Source: an uncultured Gammaproteobacteria bacterium (GTDB lineage Bacteria; Patescibacteriota; Microgenomatia; UBA10105; UBA927). Taken from it: a stretch of DNA of 64,000 bases. Made by a program: the position numbers and the translations under genes. Positions 1-9,400 of the stretch are shown one piece after another. The DNA lies in NCBI GenBank assembly GCA_964573695.1, contig CAZNKB010000003.1:36815-100814 (forward strand), given 5' to 3'. Each line of letters opens with the position of its first letter. Position 1 is the stretch's first letter. The notes under the pieces were generated by a model, which worked only from the letters and a program-made list of their open reading frames with translations, had not been told where the DNA came from and searched no databases.

Positions 1-3000
1 ACCGGTGATATGTCCGTAGGGGCATGGGTCAAGCGGAGCGCATCAGGCACTGATGTCGATGTAATTGCGGCAGATTGGGGCAACGCTATTGGAGACCAAG
101 AATTCCGCCTGTATTTTGATGCGACGGATTTTCCAACGTTTCAAACAACCGACGGGACATCCACGACGACAAGTGTAAGCCCTACGGCTATAACCGATAC
201 CAACTGGCACCATATCACCGCTCAGTTCAATAATAGCACCGCAAACATACAGTATCTCTATGTTGACGGGAGACTGGTCGACTCCGATACTGCATCATCA
301 ACAGATCAACCCAATAATACAGTGGCGTTTACTATAGGGGCAGACCTGTCCGGGGCAGCAAATACAGCGGCCAACTTTTTCCGCGGCACCATAGACGAAG
401 TCTATTACGACAGAGAAGGTCTTGACCCTTCTTATATCCGGCGCATATATGAATCCGGATACCGCGCGTTACAAAATCACACGTCAAGCCGTATTACCGG
501 TATATCCGGAGCAGATAATTATCAACGACTTCTCGGAAACGCGTCGGGTGGTACCGCTGCAAGCAACAATGCAACAAGTATCGCTATCGACGACACCCGC
601 CGGTTTATCTACGCCGGATTGCATGACGCCACTACCAATACCGGAGGCGTTACCGTTATCGCAGAAGAAGCGGATACTGCTATCGATCTATTTGACAGTA
701 CCGCTAACACCAGCAAAGACGATGACATCGGTACCCAATTTTCGGCAAATGACGTCGTTTCTATCTCGCTTTCCGGCAGTCCGTGTCCCGGATACAACGG
801 CGGATCCACAACCTGTAATAACTCCGCAACGCTAGCAATCGCAGGAACAAACGATTCTGCCACCAGGGTATGGATGGAAACCAGCACAGTGTCTATAGCG
901 GACGCACTAAGTCTTTTGGGCTCTACAAGCCTTACCAAAAATATCGCAAATATTACCAGCGTGCTACAGGTATACGATGTATACAATCGAAACGATGATG
1001 ACGCAACGGGTGGAGAACACCAAGTCCCAGCCCTGAAGGTCGACAGCACCGGCATGTTCACGTATAACTATTTAAATACTCAAACATCATCGGTTGCTAT
1101 GGACATTAACGACAGTACCCATACATCCGGAACTGTCATTGATATTAGTGGCTCTGCAATCAACTCTGGGGAAGGTATAAATCTATCTACAAACGCACTT
1201 ACTACCGGTCGTGGACTCTTAATAACTTCATCGGCTACAGGATGTACTAGTTGTGCACTCGAGCTCATCACCCACTCCGGTAGCAATGCAAACAATACCG
1301 GATATTTACTGCAATTGGCAAACACCGGGACATTAAACGCAAATACGTCATTCTATATCCAACACTATGCTACAGGGACCAATAACCTCGCCATGCGAAT
1401 AGATGACGAGAGCGCTGACACGACTCCGTTTGCCATAGACGGCTTGGGCAATGTCGGTATCGGCGACAGCAGCCCGGATTATACCCTGGAACTCTACGAC
1501 CCAACCAACACACCGGTTATCGTATTGTCTGACGATGATATCGCACAAGGATTTACTACAGATGTCGCTGCCACAGACGCATTCCTCCATATCTCTTCCA
1601 TATCAACAACAGCTGGAGGAGCTCAATTTACAGGCCTATCAAGCGGTGATGCACAAGCTTTTTCCATACGCGGTGGAATCGACAGTTCAACCCCGGCCAA
1701 CACAACCCCAGCGATTAAAATCATCGGGGGTAAACTTAGCGGCACGACATTCGGAGATCTCGATGTAGATTCTACACAAGGTGGCACCAATGCGGAAACG
1801 GTCTTCCAAATTGCCAACAACGATGACACAGCGAGCTTCACCATGCTCGGCAATGGCAACATAGGTATTGGCAACCAGGTGACTCCCCTTGCCAAACTCC
1901 ATGTCATCTCAAACCCGCTCGCAGCCCTTTATACAACCGGCAGGGCCGCAGCCATATTCGACCAATTTGAAAACCAGGATATTATCGCCGCCTCCGCCTC
2001 AGGGGTGACGAAGCTTCGGGTCACCAATACGTCCGACGTCATCGCAGAACGGTTTGTCGACCTGGGTAACACCTCCGGAACGTTTTATATCGACCCGGCA
2101 AATGGCACGACATCCATAGTTGTAGACGGAGCTATCATAAGCGACGGCGCTTTTAGCATCACATCAAATGGCACGAATGGTAATGTGACCATTAGCGCAG
2201 GCACCGGAGACGTCATTCTGGGAACTGCCGACAGCACCGGAGCAGAAGTATGTGTCAGCCTAGACGGCTCGACGTGTACCGGCAAGATCGATGCCGCGAC
2301 GTTTGATCCTCCCTATACGATCAATGACAAAAACTATGCCACCTACGCACCAAGCATGACGGGCATCAAAGAAGAAACAGTAGGAACTATCCAGACATCT
2401 ACGTATGTAGCGGGTATCGGATACAAGACAGAGATTGACTTTACCGATCTTCCCATAGGATCAGACCTCTGGCTGTTCTCACGGACGACGGACCTCAAAA
2501 CCAATGCGGACCAACTCGTCGTGCTGTTGTCTCCGGCCTCATCTGCGCGTGTATGGTACAGTTTTGATCCGGACGCTCTTATTCTCACCATGTATTCTTC
2601 GCGGCCGACCAGTGTTTCGTACCGGCTTACGGCTCCCCGCTTCGACTGGCAGCAATGGGCCAACACGCGCGCAGATGACGATCGGCGAGGTATGACGCTT
2701 AACTATGACAACGCCTGGTTTACCGGCAGCGGATCGGCCGCGGCTCCCGAAGATCCGCTTGCTCATCTTACGATCGAGCCCGTAGACGAAAGCACATTGC
2801 AGTTTAGGATCCGCCATGAAAACGGCGACATCATAGAAGAAGCGACCAGTTTTGCCCGGCTGCTCGTCGCTAATGTGCAAACGGGAGCAATCCGCAGTAT
2901 CAACGGCATATTCGGAAAAGTAGTGATCACCGAGTCTATAACATCCCCGGTAGCGCAAATAGATTCGGTACGTACCAATTCCATTTCACCTATCGCAACG

Positions 3001-4194
3001 GAATCCGGACAAATCACTGTCAATCTAAATCAAACACAATCATTCGGAATCAAAAATACGGATACAAATACCGTAACCACGACGTTTGATGCACTGGGGA
3101 ACGCGACACTCTCCGGCACACTCACGACAGAAAACCTCAACATAAACGGTGACGCGACGGTTGCGGGAGCATTAACCAGCACATCGGTAACCACGGAAGA
3201 TGCCCACCTTGACTCGCTATCGGCGAGGCAGGCATCCGTATCCGGTCAATTATATGCAGACCGCATTGTCACCAACTTCGGCGACCTGGACACCCGGTTC
3301 CAAACCATAGAGCAATCGATCGATTCTATAAGCACACAATCTGCCATAGCCTACACAAACCCAACACCTTCTACGAGTCCGGCTGCCGATTACGGAGGAG
3401 CAATTTCCCTGTCCGGAGGCGATGTCGTCGTCAACACGAATCTCTTTGTATTGGGCGACAGCTTGCTTTCCAGAACCTCAATTACAGGGTCGTTGCTCGT
3501 CGACGGCGTTATTCGCTTCGCAGAAAATGTCATAGAAACCATTTCGGAAACCCTATATATCCAAAAAAACAAACTCGCGTCTGTCGATATCCTCGACGGC
3601 ACGATTATCGCCGACATATGGAACCGGGTATTCGTCCGGGGCACACTGGGTATTTCAGGCAATACAACGATCGGAGGCGTCCTCGGAGCATCAACGCTGT
3701 CTCCGATTACCGGTAGTAACCTGACTATTGATTTGAATCAGTCCATCCCGGATCCTTTCGCATTACAGCAAGCTACCCCCTCATCCGGATTTGCTGACCT
3801 AGTCATCAAAGGCATAAACAACCAAACCGTCGCAACGATAAACGCATCCGGAAGCGCGACGTTTACCGGAACTGTTGCCGCTGATATGCTTGTAGCGAGC
3901 GGATCAGCAACGGTAAGCAAACTCAATATCAGCACGGGTGATGTGGCGGCATCTACGGACTCCGCTATCCCTTCCAGCTCTGTAGGTACTGGCCTATTGC
4001 CCGCAAACTTTACCGAAATCACCGTACTCTCCAATCAGATTGCAGCCGATTCACTGGTATACCTGACCCCGCTATCGAGTACGGGAAACCAAGTGATTTA
4101 TGTGAAGGAAAAACTGCCGGGCGTCGGATTCATCGTGGCAATTGATTCCTCCTTATCTATACCCATAAACTTCAATTGGTGGATTATCAATTAA
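1..4194 (+). CDS. Giant surface/fibre-like protein, 5'-truncated: LamG domain, beta-repeat (GNVGIG) region, C-terminal H-type-lectin/gp53-like domain
   Basis: Frame is open to base 1. LamG motifs (TDTNWHHI, LYVDG, FRGTIDEV), GNVGIG/GNIGIG motifs, Ser/Thr-rich composition, C-terminus ...GFIVAID...FNWWIIN. Confidence 0.8.
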   Translation, partial: TGDMSVGAWVKRSASGTDVDVIAADWGNAIGDQEFRLYFDATDFPTFQTTDGTSTTTSVSPTAITDTNWHHITAQFNNSTANIQYLYVDGRLVDSDTASSTDQPNNTVAFTIGADLSGAANTAANFFRGTIDEVYYDREGLDPSYIRRIYESGYRALQNHTSSRITGISGADNYQRLLGNASGGTAASNNATSIAIDDTRRFIYAGLHDATTNTGGVTVIAEEADTAIDLFDSTANTSKDDDIGTQFSANDVVSISLSGSPCPGYNGGSTTCNNSATLAIAGTNDSATRVWMETSTVSIADALSLLGSTSLTKNIANITSVLQVYDVYNRNDDDATGGEHQVPALKVDSTGMFTYNYLNTQTSSVAMDINDSTHTSGTVIDISGSAINSGEGINLSTNALTTGRGLLITSSATGCTSCALELITHSGSNANNTGYLLQLANTGTLNANTSFYIQHYATGTNNLAMRIDDESADTTPFAIDGLGNVGIGDSSPDYTLELYDPTNTPVIVLSDDDIAQGFTTDVAATDAFLHISSISTTAGGAQFTGLSSGDAQAFSIRGGIDSSTPANTTPAIKIIGGKLSGTTFGDLDVDSTQGGTNAETVFQIANNDDTASFTMLGNGNIGIGNQVTPLAKLHVISNPLAALYTTGRAAAIFDQFENQDIIAASASGVTKLRVTNTSDVIAERFVDLGNTSGTFYIDPANGTTSIVVDGAIISDGAFSITSNGTNGNVTISAGTGDVILGTADSTGAEVCVSLDGSTCTGKIDAATFDPPYTINDKNYATYAPSMTGIKEETVGTIQTSTYVAGIGYKTEIDFTDLPIGSDLWLFSRTTDLKTNADQLVVLLSPASSARVWYSFDPDALILTMYSSRPTSVSYRLTAPRFDWQQWANTRADDDRRGMTLNYDNAWFTGSGSAAAPEDPLAHLTIEPVDESTLQFRIRHENGDIIEEATSFARLLVANVQTGAIRSINGIFGKVVITESITSPVAQIDSVRTNSISPIATESGQITVNLNQTQSFGIKNTDTNTVTTTFDALGNATLSGTLTTENLNINGDATVAGALTSTSVTTEDAHLDSLSARQASVSGQLYADRIVTNFGDLDTRFQTIEQSIDSISTQSAIAYTNPTPSTSPAADYGGAISLSGGDVVVNTNLFVLGDSLLSRTSITGSLLVDGVIRFAENVIETISETLYIQKNKLASVDILDGTIIADIWNRVFVRGTLGISGNTTIGGVLGASTLSPITGSNLTIDLNQSIPDPFALQQATPSSGFADLVIKGINNQTVATINASGSATFTGTVAADMLVASGSATVSKLNISTGDVAASTDSAIPSSSVGTGLLPANFTEITVLSNQIAADSLVYLTPLSSTGNQVIYVKEKLPGVGFIVAIDSSLSIPINFNWWIIN

Positions 4195-4202
4195 CTGCGT
4201 AG

Positions 4203-4268
4203 CCCCGTACCTGCGCCCTTGCGACGCGTGGATGTAAACCACGGGAGCAAGCAAGCTTGGTACTGGGG
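4203..4268. repeat. Nested palindromic (REP/MITE-like) element
   Basis: Outer arms CCCCGTACC (4203-4211) / GGTACTGGGG (4259-4268). Inner arms TTGC..CGTGG / CCACG..GCAA. Confidence 0.65.
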
Positions 4269-4366
4269 GTGGATCATTAACTAATATATGTATAGTGATA
4301 TACTTTTTCCCAGTTGACAAAATATAACGGGAATGATGTACTCTAAAAAGAGTTTAGTTCCCTGCC

Positions 4367-4912
4367 ATGAAATCATCGAAGAATCAGGCTACCACAGGGC
4401 AAGTCACATCTGCATTTGTTGCTATTGTCGTTATTATAGGCGCAAGCGTCTTTGTCTGGTTTAGGATGCAGCGCCAGAACATACAGGAAAAAGCAGGTCT
4501 GCCCACGCAAGTAGAAGCACAGCCGACTGCTATCCCCACGCCAACGCCGACTCCCACGAAATTATTCCATGGCAAAGACACCTATATAGTCAGTCGCGGA
4601 TCCCAAGCCAAAGGGCCAAATATTTCAGAAATCACATTTGATCCGTTGGATCCGGCAGTAGGCGCACAACAAATCATTTCCGTAAAAGTCAGTCACAACA
4701 ATCCCGTGACAGACGTCACGGTCAAACTGCGCACCGACACCAAAACCACCACGCTCAAGTTAAACCGCTCAGAGGGCACGGAGTTGGGCGGCACATGGCA
4801 AACCACCTGGACTATTCCGGAAAGTTACCTGTATAACTATGCAGCAACAGTGGTTGCCAGTGCGGGCAAGGAAGAAACATCCATTCCGATCATTATCCGG
4901 GAACGAAAATGA
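4367..4912 (+). CDS. Membrane-anchored hypothetical protein with PT linker and Ig-like beta-sandwich
   Basis: N-terminal TM (AFVAIVVIIGASVFVWF), PTPTPTPT linker, beta-rich C-domain. ATGA overlap with the next gene. Confidence 0.75.
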   Translation: MKSSKNQATTGQVTSAFVAIVVIIGASVFVWFRMQRQNIQEKAGLPTQVEAQPTAIPTPTPTPTKLFHGKDTYIVSRGSQAKGPNISEITFDPLDPAVGAQQIISVKVSHNNPVTDVTVKLRTDTKTTTLKLNRSEGTELGGTWQTTWTIPESYLYNYAATVVASAGKEETSIPIIIRERK

Positions 4913-5706
4913 AAAAATCGACACAGTCTATAGGATTTACCGTATTATTGCTCTTGAGTTTGAGTGTTGGTGCGCGTGAAGCACAGGCAGCCTGCAATTG
5001 GAGCCCAAGCGCAGGAAGTGTTACCGCCACAACATGCGGTATCGACGGACAATCAGAAGAAGCGTATGATTATTCTTCGGGAACGGATGACTCTACGAAC
5101 GGACTCACGCTTACCATTCCCAACGGAGTCACCGTTACCCTCAACACCGGTTCTGTGGGTACACCCACGACGCTCTATGTCGGGGCTATAAATCTCACTG
5201 GAACAGGATCTCTTGTGGCTTCTGCAAACTACGTGCAGATCAAAAGCGGATTCCGATGCTATGTGACCGATGCTGACGGCGACGGATACAGTCCAACCCC
5301 CAATGTATGTTCTTCAACAAGTGGTGCTGGGAAAATCCGCAAATTCTCATCAGGGTTCCATACGGGAGTTGACTGTGGAGACGGAAATAGCGCCGCTAAT
5401 CCAGGTCAGACTGTTGCCCAGTCAACGACATTTACCAATACCGCCACCGGGTTAAGCGGTGATTGGAATTGTAATGGCGCGGAAACGAAAACATACGCTA
5501 CAGCCACATATACCTGTAGCGCGTGCACCAACGGATCAGGGTATGCGAGTTTCCAAAATACCACAAACGGATTCCAAACGTCCGTACCGGCATGCGGAGT
5601 AGCAGGCACATACTATACGGTAACCAATGCAACGTGTGTAGATCCCGCTGTTGCAAACTGTGCAGCAAGTGCTACTACCTCCAGCGTTACACAAACCTGT
5701 CTGTAA
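4909..5706 (+). CDS. Secreted Cys-rich protein with DxDxDG and MopE-like metal-binding motifs
   Basis: Signal peptide ending AQA-AC; DADGDGY; DCGDGNSAANPG; DWNCNG; many Cys. Confidence 0.75.
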   Translation: MKKSTQSIGFTVLLLLSLSVGAREAQAACNWSPSAGSVTATTCGIDGQSEEAYDYSSGTDDSTNGLTLTIPNGVTVTLNTGSVGTPTTLYVGAINLTGTGSLVASANYVQIKSGFRCYVTDADGDGYSPTPNVCSSTSGAGKIRKFSSGFHTGVDCGDGNSAANPGQTVAQSTTFTNTATGLSGDWNCNGAETKTYATATYTCSACTNGSGYASFQNTTNGFQTSVPACGVAGTYYTVTNATCVDPAVANCAASATTSSVTQTCL

Positions 5707-6219
5707 ATCATTGCGAGCGAATCCCCACGGGCGTGTATAACAACTTGGCTACTGTCGTAGATTTCTCATCGGAACGATCCAGTATAATCTCATCGTGGCT
5801 CATAAACTATGCGCTTGTTTATTCATATTAAGCACCTCACCCGTAAATAGCCATACATGGGCGCACACAACCACATGTAGACCCTTTCTATGAATACTAC
5901 CAATCCATATATACACGATAAACAAATCCAGCTCATGGTCACCCCTACGCGGGTAAACGTTTACAAAGGTACATGTGCTTCCCTCCTTCTGTTATCTCAA
6001 GTTTGATGCATGTCACGGACTCTAAATAAACGAACCAAAACCGTTCGGCCATAGAACAAAAATGTGTCATTACAATATGTCTATAGGATATATATTTAGG
6101 TACATATATCCCTGTACACACCATATATCCATTTATCCCGTTCTAGCAGCAAAGTATATACTCATGAAAAATCTTATTAGAACAATCCAAACTCACTCAA
6201 TGACGATCTATTATCCAAA

Positions 6220-6331
6220 ATAGGCCTATAATTAGAATATAAAATACCTATAGTATAGCCTCGATATGCTAATTTTGAGAGTGATAATTTGACACATTTC
6301 TCGTAAGGTTCTGTAATAGTAATAGGCCTAT
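6220..6331. promoter_or_regulatory. Two copies of palindrome ATAGGCCTAT, each overlapping a -10-like box (candidate operators/promoters)
   Basis: AATAGGCCTATAATT at 6219-6233 and AATAGGCCTATGATT at 6321-6335. TATAAT 6227-6232, TATGAT 6329-6334, TTGACA 6289-6294. Confidence 0.45.
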
Positions 6332-6424
6332 GATTTTTACCGAGCAAACCCATGCAAACTCTAGTCATTTGAGGCTAATAAGCAACCTTCTTTCGCATAG
6401 CTTCCCATTCACATACACACCGTC

Positions 6425-9400
6425 ATGACATTGAGCCCAACTGATAAATTATATACTATAAGCCAAGCTTCAAAACGTCTTGGTGTCTCAATAAGCACAC
6501 TCCGCCGGTGGATAAAATTACACAAAATTGATGTGATTACTGATGCCCAAGGCATCCATGTTTTTAACGAATCCGCACTACAAAAAATCCAAACCATTAC
6601 TCCGGTTGTTTCACCACTATTACCAGATGTCGATGCATTGTCCCCCGCTCAAGCGGCAAAAGCATTGGGAATTTCAACGTGGACATTGCTTCGTTGGGAA
6701 AAAGCCGGATTGATCGTCAGTTCACGTACGCCAGGAGGAGCTCGCCGATTTCAAAAAGACGCAGTAGCTTCCCTACTCAGTAAACGAACCACATATCAGC
6801 GAGTTCCTTCGGAAACACCCCGGGTAAATAGAGTAAACCAGGTAGCCGACAAAAACGTAAGCAGTAACGTGCATCCAATAATAGCTACATCAAAATATAC
6901 TGAAACATATCAAAAAATACCCTCATATTCACAGCCGCCACATCGTAATTCGTTATATTTTATCCTTGTTATTCTTATTTTTTTGCTATGTAGCGGTATT
7001 ATTGGACTCCAAATTGCCGGCATGCAATCGAGCAAACAAACAGTACCGACACAAGCGACAAGCGGTGCCACGACTATAGACCAAAACATCATACAAACGA
7101 TCGTCGCTCAGGTTACAAAAATTATTGAATCCAATAGTTCGACGTCTATATCCGGACGCGACGGTATAGACGGCGCTACGGGTGCAACAGGACCACATGG
7201 CACAAATGGTGCAAACGGTTCAAATGGTACAAACGGCACCAATGGTGAGTTAGGTCCAATCGGTCCGACAGGAAGCACCGGGACGGGTGGAGGCGGCGGA
7301 GACGGACCAAGTGGAGCAACTGGAGCAACAGGATCTGGTGGTGTCGTTGGTCCTACCGGCTCTACTGGTGCGACGGGAGGAATAGGAGCAAGTGGCCCCA
7401 CGGGATCAACGGGGGCGACGGGAGGAAATGGACCCACAGGTGCTACCGGTGGAACGGGTATATCGGGAGCAGGAGGAGATGGACCAACCGGACCGACAGG
7501 TGCAAATGGTCCGACTGGTTCTACTGGTGCTACTGGTGGTGTTGGAGCATCTGGACCAACAGGATCAACAGGCGCAACCGGTAATGTTGGTACCTCAGGG
7601 CCAACCGGCTCAACTGGAGCAACAGGAGGAATTGGTGCAAGTGGTCCGACGGGAAGTACTGGTGCTACTGGTGGTGTTGGAGCATCTGGACCAACAGGTT
7701 CGACTGGGGCGACTGGAACAGCCGGAGCAAATGGTCCGACTGGAAGCACTGGGAGCACGGGATTAAATGGTTCATCAGGCCCAACGGGAAGCACGGGTGC
7801 CACTGGATTTCAAGGGGCATCAGGTCCTACTGGCTCCACCGGAGCAACAGGGGCAGTTGGCTCTTCAGGTCCAACAGGTTCGACTGGGGCAACAGGAGTT
7901 GACGGTCCAACGGGAAGTACTGGTGCCACAGGTGGTGTTGGAGCAAATGGTCCCACCGGAAGTACGGGTGCCACTGGATTTCAAGGGGCATCAGGTCCAA
8001 CAGGATCAACAGGCGCAACCGGTAGCATTGGTTCATCTGGCCCAACAGGAGTTACTGGAGCGACGGGAAGTATCGGTTCTTCTGGTCCAACTGGAAGTAC
8101 GGGTGCAACTGGAGCGACGGGAATACAAGGGTCTTCAGGACCGACAGGTAGTACCGGAGCGACTGGTGGAATTGGAGCAAGTGGTCCGACTGGTTCCACA
8201 GGAGCAACTGGCAGCATTGGAGCTTCTGGTCCTACTGGCTCTACTGGTGCAACTGGGAGTGTAGGTGCATCAGGCCCGACGGGTAGTACCGGTGCCACTG
8301 GTGGAATTGGAGCATCCGGTCCAACAGGAAGCACAGGTTCCACGGGAGCAACAGGCAGCATTGGAGCTTCTGGTCCTACTGGCTCTACTGGTGTAACTGG
8401 AGGCGTTGGAACAAGTGGCCCAACGGGTAGTACGGGAGCCACTGGAGGCATCGGGGCATCCGGTCCAACAGGAAGCACAGGTTCCACGGGAGCAACAGGA
8501 GGTATTGGCGCCTCTGGTCCGACGGGGGCTACAGGAGCCACTGGTGGAATTGGAGCAAGTGGTCCGACTGGTTCCACAGGGGCGACAGGTGGAATAGGTA
8601 TTTCTGGCCCAACCGGATCCACAGGGGCTACTGGTGGAATTGGTGCATCTGGACCGACGGGATCTACTGGAACAACAGGTGCCCAAGGTCCCACCGGCGC
8701 CACAGGAAGCACTGGTAGTATCGGGGCATCTGGCCCAACCGGATCCACTGGAGCAACCGGGAGTGCTGGCGTGTCTGGCCCAACCGGATCCACAGGGGCT
8801 ACTGGTGGAATTGGTGCATCTGGACCTACTGGTAGCACCGGAGCAACTGGTGGAATTGGAGCAAGTGGTCCGACTGGTTCGACAGGAGCAACAGGATTTG
8901 CAGGCCCTACCGGCTCAACGGGAACAACCGGTGTTCAAGGTCCGACGGGCCCTGTGGGACCAGGAGGAGAAACTCTCTTAAATTACACCGGCAGCGGTGA
9001 AACTGCATTTTTATACAACAACACAACGTACACATATGATTTCGCGACGCAAGACTTAATCTTAGGATACAGTGGGGTCGATGGTGCTGATATCACGACA
9101 CAAGACACGAACGAAAACCTAACCATTGATCCAAATGGAACTGGAACGATATATTTTCATGGCACTGCAGTACAGTTTGATAGCGATGGATCAATCACAC
9201 AAACAGCGACAGATACGACAACGGTTGCCTATTCATTACTTGCAAACAGCTTATCTTCAGGAACAGGCCTTTCGTTGACATCCACATCTACAAGCTTTTC
9301 TACAGGAAAACTTGCAAACATCGACTGGTCGCCAGGAAGTGCTACAACTGCAACTGGCGATCTTGTTCGAATCAACATCGGACCAAATGGAACCGTGGGC

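Noticed and set aside
4177-4284. Diversity-generating retroelement VR/TR pair
   Set aside because: Only about 17 bp, the differences are T/C rather than adenine-specific on the coding strand, and there is no reverse transcriptase in the window.
4314-4344. Promoter TTGACA..TACTCT before 4367
   Set aside because: The 19-bp spacing and weak -10 make it plausible but not supportable.
5707-6200. Small ORFs or ncRNA in the long intergenic region, including a TCATTGCGAGCGAA REP-like fragment at 5708
   Set aside because: No recognisable RNA family, no convincing coding signal, and no partner arm for the REP-like fragment.
6425-6790. IS607 transposase or excisionase suggested by the HTH motifs
   Set aside because: No serine-recombinase catalytic domain or TnpB follows, and the HTHs are in frame with the TM and collagen.
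7154-8965. Possible CRISPR array from periodic repeats
   Set aside because: The repeats are in-frame coding units varying at third positions, with no unique spacers and no cas genes.
7108-8981. Long Pro/Val-rich antisense ORFs and Gln/Leu-rich alternate-frame ORFs over the collagen region
   Set aside because: Shadows of the GGN-rich Gly-X-Y repeat, with no independent start signals or domains.
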